Below, in pieces: positions 59,634-64,000 of a stretch of DNA of 64,000 bases (positions are counted from its first letter, which is position 1; the number at the start of each line of letters is the position of its first letter). Source of the DNA: Promethearchaeia archaeon (lineage in GTDB: Archaea; Asgardarchaeota; Lokiarchaeia; Sigyniarchaeales; SOKP01); the NCBI GenBank assembly GCA_046483985.1, contig JAWOCD010000006.1:40779-104778 (forward strand). Reading direction: 5' to 3'. The translations under genes and the position numbers were made by a program. The notes beneath the pieces are model-generated. The model made no database searches and was not told the DNA's origin. It saw only the letters and a program-made list of their open reading frames with translations.

Positions 59634-60788
59634 ATGACAAAGGATTGGTCTGCAATAATTCTAGCGGGAGGGAAAGGAACAAGGTTAATGCCTCTTACTG
59701 CGAATATCCCGAAACCTCTTGTTAAAGTTACAAATAACCCAATGGTTGATTATTCGATAGCCCATTTAATATACGCAGATATAGATCATATAGTCCTTGC
59801 CCTCGCTTATATGGGAGATAAATTAAAAGATCATATAGAAGAAACATGGACTCCTGAGAGATTAGGAGATGTAGAATTAGAATGTATTGTACAAGATAGT
59901 AAAGGGACTGCAGATGCCTATCGACTGTTATCTGACAAAGTTGATTCTGAAAACGTTGTAATTTCAATGGCAGATATTGTTACAAACTTACCTATGAAAG
60001 AATTTATGAATTTTCATGCTGAAAAAGAGGGTATAGCAACCATTTCAATGAAGACTGTAGAAAGTCATACCTCACAATATGGCGTAGTTCTTCTGGATAA
60101 GGAAAGAAAGATTTATCTCTTTTTAGAAAAACCACAACCAATGGAACTCTATTTAAGCAGTATGGCTCAGAGAACAGACCTTTTCCTTCATACAAATATT
60201 ATCAATACAGGCATATATGCATTTAATAATGATGTAGAGAAAGTGTTGCACGAAACCAATATTATGGACTTTGGAGGTGAATTATTCCCATATTTGCTCG
60301 AAAATGAATACGACCTCTACGGATTTGTTAAAAATTACTACTGGTTAGATTGTGGAAATCCCCAAACCTATATGTGGGCAAATTGGGACCTTTTGCGAAA
60401 ATATGCATGGCCTATTACACCAAATGGAAAGGAATACGATGGGGTTTTTGTAATGGGAATAATTGAATCAGGGAAAGAAGTCGTGATTGAGAAACCCACA
60501 TGTTTTGCCGAAAACGTGAATTTGGGTGATAAAGTGGAAATTAAAGAGTTAACCTCGATCGGAAACCATGTCCGAATAGGAGAAGAAACCAAGATAGAAA
60601 AAAGTGTAATTTGGGACAATGTGAATATCGGTGCGGGCTGTGAAATAGAAGAGACCATCATTTGCAATGACTGTACTATCGGCGATAATGTAGTACTTAA
60701 ACGTTGTATTGTCCCTTCTTTCGTAGAAATAACAAATGATAAAATTTTGAAGGATGAAGAATTAGAAGTAGGCGAGAAAGTTCTTTAA
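59634..60788 (+). CDS. NDP-sugar pyrophosphorylase with left-handed beta-helix
   Basis: LAGGKGTRLMPLT..PKPL, YGVV, EKP, YWLDCG, hexapeptide repeats. Confidence 0.9.
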   Translation: MTKDWSAIILAGGKGTRLMPLTANIPKPLVKVTNNPMVDYSIAHLIYADIDHIVLALAYMGDKLKDHIEETWTPERLGDVELECIVQDSKGTADAYRLLSDKVDSENVVISMADIVTNLPMKEFMNFHAEKEGIATISMKTVESHTSQYGVVLLDKERKIYLFLEKPQPMELYLSSMAQRTDLFLHTNIINTGIYAFNNDVEKVLHETNIMDFGGELFPYLLENEYDLYGFVKNYYWLDCGNPQTYMWANWDLLRKYAWPITPNGKEYDGVFVMGIIESGKEVVIEKPTCFAENVNLGDKVEIKELTSIGNHVRIGEETKIEKSVIWDNVNIGAGCEIEETIICNDCTIGDNVVLKRCIVPSFVEITNDKILKDEELEVGEKVL

Positions 60789-60927
60789 AAAAACCTCTTT
60801 ACCATCCATTCAGTTTAATCCATTTCTTAACTCATAACCTAACTCATAACCATTTTTTGCAAAACTTATTTAAATAATTTAAAAGTAATATATATTAAGA
60901 GAAATTAATAACTGGTTTGATTTTCAT

Positions 60928-61572
60928 ATGTCTGAGGAAGAAATCAAGAAATTAAAAGAAAAATTAGATGATTTTAGGAAGAAAAAGATAATTATGCAGG
61001 CCAAACTCCGGAAAAAAGAGGAAAAAATTACTGATTTAAATAAGAAGTTACGGACTATGTCGGTGAAGTCTAAAAAATCTTCAGATAATAAAGAGTTAAA
61101 TAATAAGATAAAGGAATTAAAAGAAAAACTTGATCTCTACAAGAAAAATAATAAAAAGTTACGAAATGAAAATTCTTCTCTTAACAGAAAACTCGAGAAA
61201 ACAAAAAATAAACTCAAAAAGACTCAAACCCAAGAATCATCAAGTCTCGAGAAGGTAAATCTCCCCAACAAAGAGGAAGGCAAAGAGCAAGATATTGATT
61301 CAGAGGAGATCGAATATCTTCGGAATGAATTGGAGGAAAAAGATCAAATGATCGAAAAATTGTCCGATCAACTCGAATCTGTCCAATCAGGTGAAATCTC
61401 GGAAGGAAGACAAGGAGGTGGTGGATATATGCAAGTTCGAAAACTCAATTCCCGAATAAGAGAACTAAAAAGCCAGTTAGAATTGGCTAAGAAAAGTGAG
61501 CAAGAGATGAAACAAAGAATGATGAAAATGCAGCGTGAGATGACCGCAAAAGAAGAATTTAGTGAATGGTAG
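60928..61572 (+). CDS. Coiled-coil protein
   Basis: K/E-rich heptad pattern throughout. Confidence 0.7.
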   Translation: MSEEEIKKLKEKLDDFRKKKIIMQAKLRKKEEKITDLNKKLRTMSVKSKKSSDNKELNNKIKELKEKLDLYKKNNKKLRNENSSLNRKLEKTKNKLKKTQTQESSSLEKVNLPNKEEGKEQDIDSEEIEYLRNELEEKDQMIEKLSDQLESVQSGEISEGRQGGGGYMQVRKLNSRIRELKSQLELAKKSEQEMKQRMMKMQREMTAKEEFSEW

Positions 61573-61631
61573 ATTTTAATAAATTTAATCATCATTTTCA
61601 GAGACACTTTTTATCAAATTGATCTGTTTGA

Positions 61632-61781
61632 AATAACAGCCATAATATCCCGCATTTTCTCAAAGATTTCGATAATCTGAAGGATTTAAGTTTTTCAAGA
61701 AATCCAATTGACGAGATTCCCTCTTTTTCAGATAATATGGGGCTCAAAAATAAATTCGAGTTACGATTTTATAAAAATTAA
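61632..61781 (+). pseudogene. Leucine-rich-repeat gene remnant
   Basis: Frame without an upstream start reads IPHFLKDFDNLKDLSFSRNPIDEIPSF, matching the LRR consensus. Confidence 0.5.
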
Positions 61782-61796
61782 ATTGAAGAAAAGAAT

Positions 61797-62468
61797 TTAG
61801 GAAACTAGTTCTTCTGGCTCTCGAAAATCGGCGGTAGTGTATTTTACCCGGTCATATTCTTCAAACCCAATAGCTTTAATGAAATTGTGGGCAACAGTAT
61901 TTTTCTCATAAACTTCACAGCGCAATTCTTCTACATTTTTATTATTGAAAAAATCCCAGGCAGCTATAGCCATAGCTCGTCCTAATCCTCTTCTCTGATA
62001 TTGGGGTAATACTCCCAAGCCAGCTATAACACCATATTGCTGATCTTCGCCCTCAAAATCTAATATAATAAACCCAACATCTTTTCCGTACAAGTTTGCT
62101 ATCAGAATAATTGTATGGGGATATTCATAAATCTTCTTTAAATCTTCTGTATCTATGGGAGAGAATGGAGTATTAGTTGTCATCCACGCTCGGTTATAGA
62201 TATTCATCACCTTAATTAAATCTTTTTCCTCGCATTCCCGAATTTTTGCTTGTTTAATATGAGGTTCAATACTTTCCCTCACGTTTTTTTCCATTTCTTC
62301 GGTTATCTTTTGAATTGGTAATTTCATTTGGATATATGTTAACCCTTGTTCCAACGCATCTTCTTCTTTGGCTTGTTTTTCTTCCTCCTCTTCTTCCCCC
62401 TCTAATCGGAGGAAAAAGCGTCTAATTCTATTCTTTTTGAGATTCATTCTTTCGTTATCCATTTTCAC
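61797..62468 (-). CDS. GNAT acetyltransferase
   Basis: GVLPQYQRRGLGRA, N..AHNF..GF. Confidence 0.88.
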   Translation of the reverse strand: MKMDNERMNLKKNRIRRFFLRLEGEEEEEEKQAKEEDALEQGLTYIQMKLPIQKITEEMEKNVRESIEPHIKQAKIRECEEKDLIKVMNIYNRAWMTTNTPFSPIDTEDLKKIYEYPHTIILIANLYGKDVGFIILDFEGEDQQYGVIAGLGVLPQYQRRGLGRAMAIAAWDFFNNKNVEELRCEVYEKNTVAHNFIKAIGFEEYDRVKYTTADFREPEELVS

Positions 62469-62520
62469 TCATATAAAAAAATAAGATTTGTTTTAATTTT
62501 TTTTAATTTATAAAGAAATA

Positions 62521-63969
62521 CTATCCCTTAACCACACCTAATGGAACGAATCTAGCTATTTTCTCTGCTATCCCCAAATCATGCGTGACTTGAACTACCT
62601 CATTAACATCTTTATATGCACCTGGCGCCTCTTCAGCAACTGTTTTCATCGAAGAACTCTTAATTAAAATGCCTTCAGAATTCAAGTGATCAATCACATC
62701 ATGGGCCCTCCAACGTCTGTCAGCTCCTCGTCTGGACATCTGTCTGCCAGCTCCATGCGCTGTGGAGCCAAAAGAGAGTTCCATCGCTTTAGGTTTCCCA
62801 ATGCATAGATATGAGGTTGAACCCATGGTACCTGGAATAAGAGCCGGTTGTCCAATTGATTTATAATCTTGAGGGATATCGGGATGGTTGGCTGGAAAAC
62901 ATCTGGTAGCTCCTTTTCGGTGAATATTTAGTTTTCGCTTTTTCCCGTTGATCTCATGCTCTTCCTTCTTGAGAATGTTATGACATACTCCATAAATCAA
63001 ATGTAAATCCAGATCATCAATATCTTGATTTAAAATTTTTCCAAATGATTCTCTTATCCAATGGGTTATCAGTTGACGGTTACAAAAGCCGAAATTGGCT
63101 GCGCACGCCATTTGAGATAAATAATTATTAGCCTCCTTAGTATTCGCTGGAACGCAAGCCAATTCCCTGTCTGGAACGTGTATGTCATACCTTTTCATTG
63201 CTCGTTCTACATTTCGAAGGGAATCTGTACAAATTTGATGTCCCATAGCTCTACTGCCCGTATGAATCATCACAGTGACTTGGTTCTCACTAAAAATTCC
63301 CATTTTTTTTGCCACATCTTTATTGAATATCTTATCTACTTTCTGAATCTCCAGAAAATGATTTCCACTGCCTAATGAGCCTACTTGACCAATTCCACGG
63401 TTCTTGGCTTTTTGGGAAACTAACCTTGAATTTGCTCCGTCAAGACACCCATTTTCTTCGCAATGTATTAGATCCTCTTTCACAGCATATCCTTGATCTA
63501 ACGCCCAGTTAAGGCCATTATCTAATAAATCATTCAATCCAGATTGACTGACATTAATTTTCCCTTGTGATCCCAAACCGCTCGGGATATTTCTGTAAAT
63601 AGTATTTAAGAGGTTCTTAAGATGACCCTCAATATCTTTTTTCATCATATTTGTTCGTAGGAGTCGCACACCGCAGTTAATATCATATCCTACTCCCCCA
63701 GGAGAAATCATTCCCTCATCTATATCGGTTCCCGCAACGCCGCCGATGCAGAATCCATACCCTTGATGAGCATCGGGTAATGCAATGGCATATTTTTGGA
63801 TTCCTTTTAAAGTTGTGACATTGGAAATTTGATCTAATGTCCTATCTTGTTTGATTTTCCCCAGAATATAGTCATTCGCATATATCCGGGCAGGCACATT
63901 CATCTTATATTTGCCGAGATTATGAGGCTCGATTTCGTAAATGTTATTATCTACTTTTTTAAGCTCCAT
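62521..63969 (-). CDS. rtcB: RNA-splicing ligase RtcB
   Basis: PDAHQGYG, GYDINCG, GSGNHFLE, HTGSR, HRKGA, HGAGR, EEAPGAYK. Confidence 0.97.
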   Translation of the reverse strand: MELKKVDNNIYEIEPHNLGKYKMNVPARIYANDYILGKIKQDRTLDQISNVTTLKGIQKYAIALPDAHQGYGFCIGGVAGTDIDEGMISPGGVGYDINCGVRLLRTNMMKKDIEGHLKNLLNTIYRNIPSGLGSQGKINVSQSGLNDLLDNGLNWALDQGYAVKEDLIHCEENGCLDGANSRLVSQKAKNRGIGQVGSLGSGNHFLEIQKVDKIFNKDVAKKMGIFSENQVTVMIHTGSRAMGHQICTDSLRNVERAMKRYDIHVPDRELACVPANTKEANNYLSQMACAANFGFCNRQLITHWIRESFGKILNQDIDDLDLHLIYGVCHNILKKEEHEINGKKRKLNIHRKGATRCFPANHPDIPQDYKSIGQPALIPGTMGSTSYLCIGKPKAMELSFGSTAHGAGRQMSRRGADRRWRAHDVIDHLNSEGILIKSSSMKTVAEEAPGAYKDVNEVVQVTHDLGIAEKIARFVPLGVVKG

Positions 63970-64000
63970 GCTTTAAATTAGAAGATTTAATTTTAAAAAA

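Noticed and set aside
60828-60851. 12-bp tandem repeat TAACTCATAACC x2
   Set aside because: Two copies only, no spacers; likely slippage.
20430-63969. kptA and rtcB as one RNA-repair system
   Set aside because: Over 40 kb apart; both are common archaeal housekeeping genes.
1-64000. CRISPR arrays, tRNA/rRNA, selenoprotein UGA read-through
   Set aside because: No repeat-spacer periodicity or cloverleaf seen; no conserved ORF is interrupted by UGA at a Cys position.

Overview
AT-rich archaeal window, most likely from an Asgard archaeon (Lokiarchaeia-like). This is inferred from archaeal-type CdhA, POR and MtrH genes occurring alongside many eukaryote-like proteins: two small GTPases with roadblock/longin-like extensions, vWA-RING pair, PCI, V4R, TPR/HEAT and DENN-like proteins. 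Metabolic genes include a 2-oxoacid:ferredoxin oxidoreductase operon whose beta subunit is circularly permuted, tandem cdhA copies, acyl-CoA enzymes and alpha-glucan genes. RNA repair genes rtcB and kptA are present. Mobile DNA includes an intact IS1634 that splits an eIF2B-family gene, several IS200/IS605 relics (frameshifted tnpA, tnpB fragments, a duplicated left end, a free-standing omegaRNA-like right end) and a DDE-type IS relic. Several small or non-AUG genes were missed by the ORF track. No rRNA, tRNA or CRISPR array was seen. All calls come from motif recognition by eye; no searches were run.
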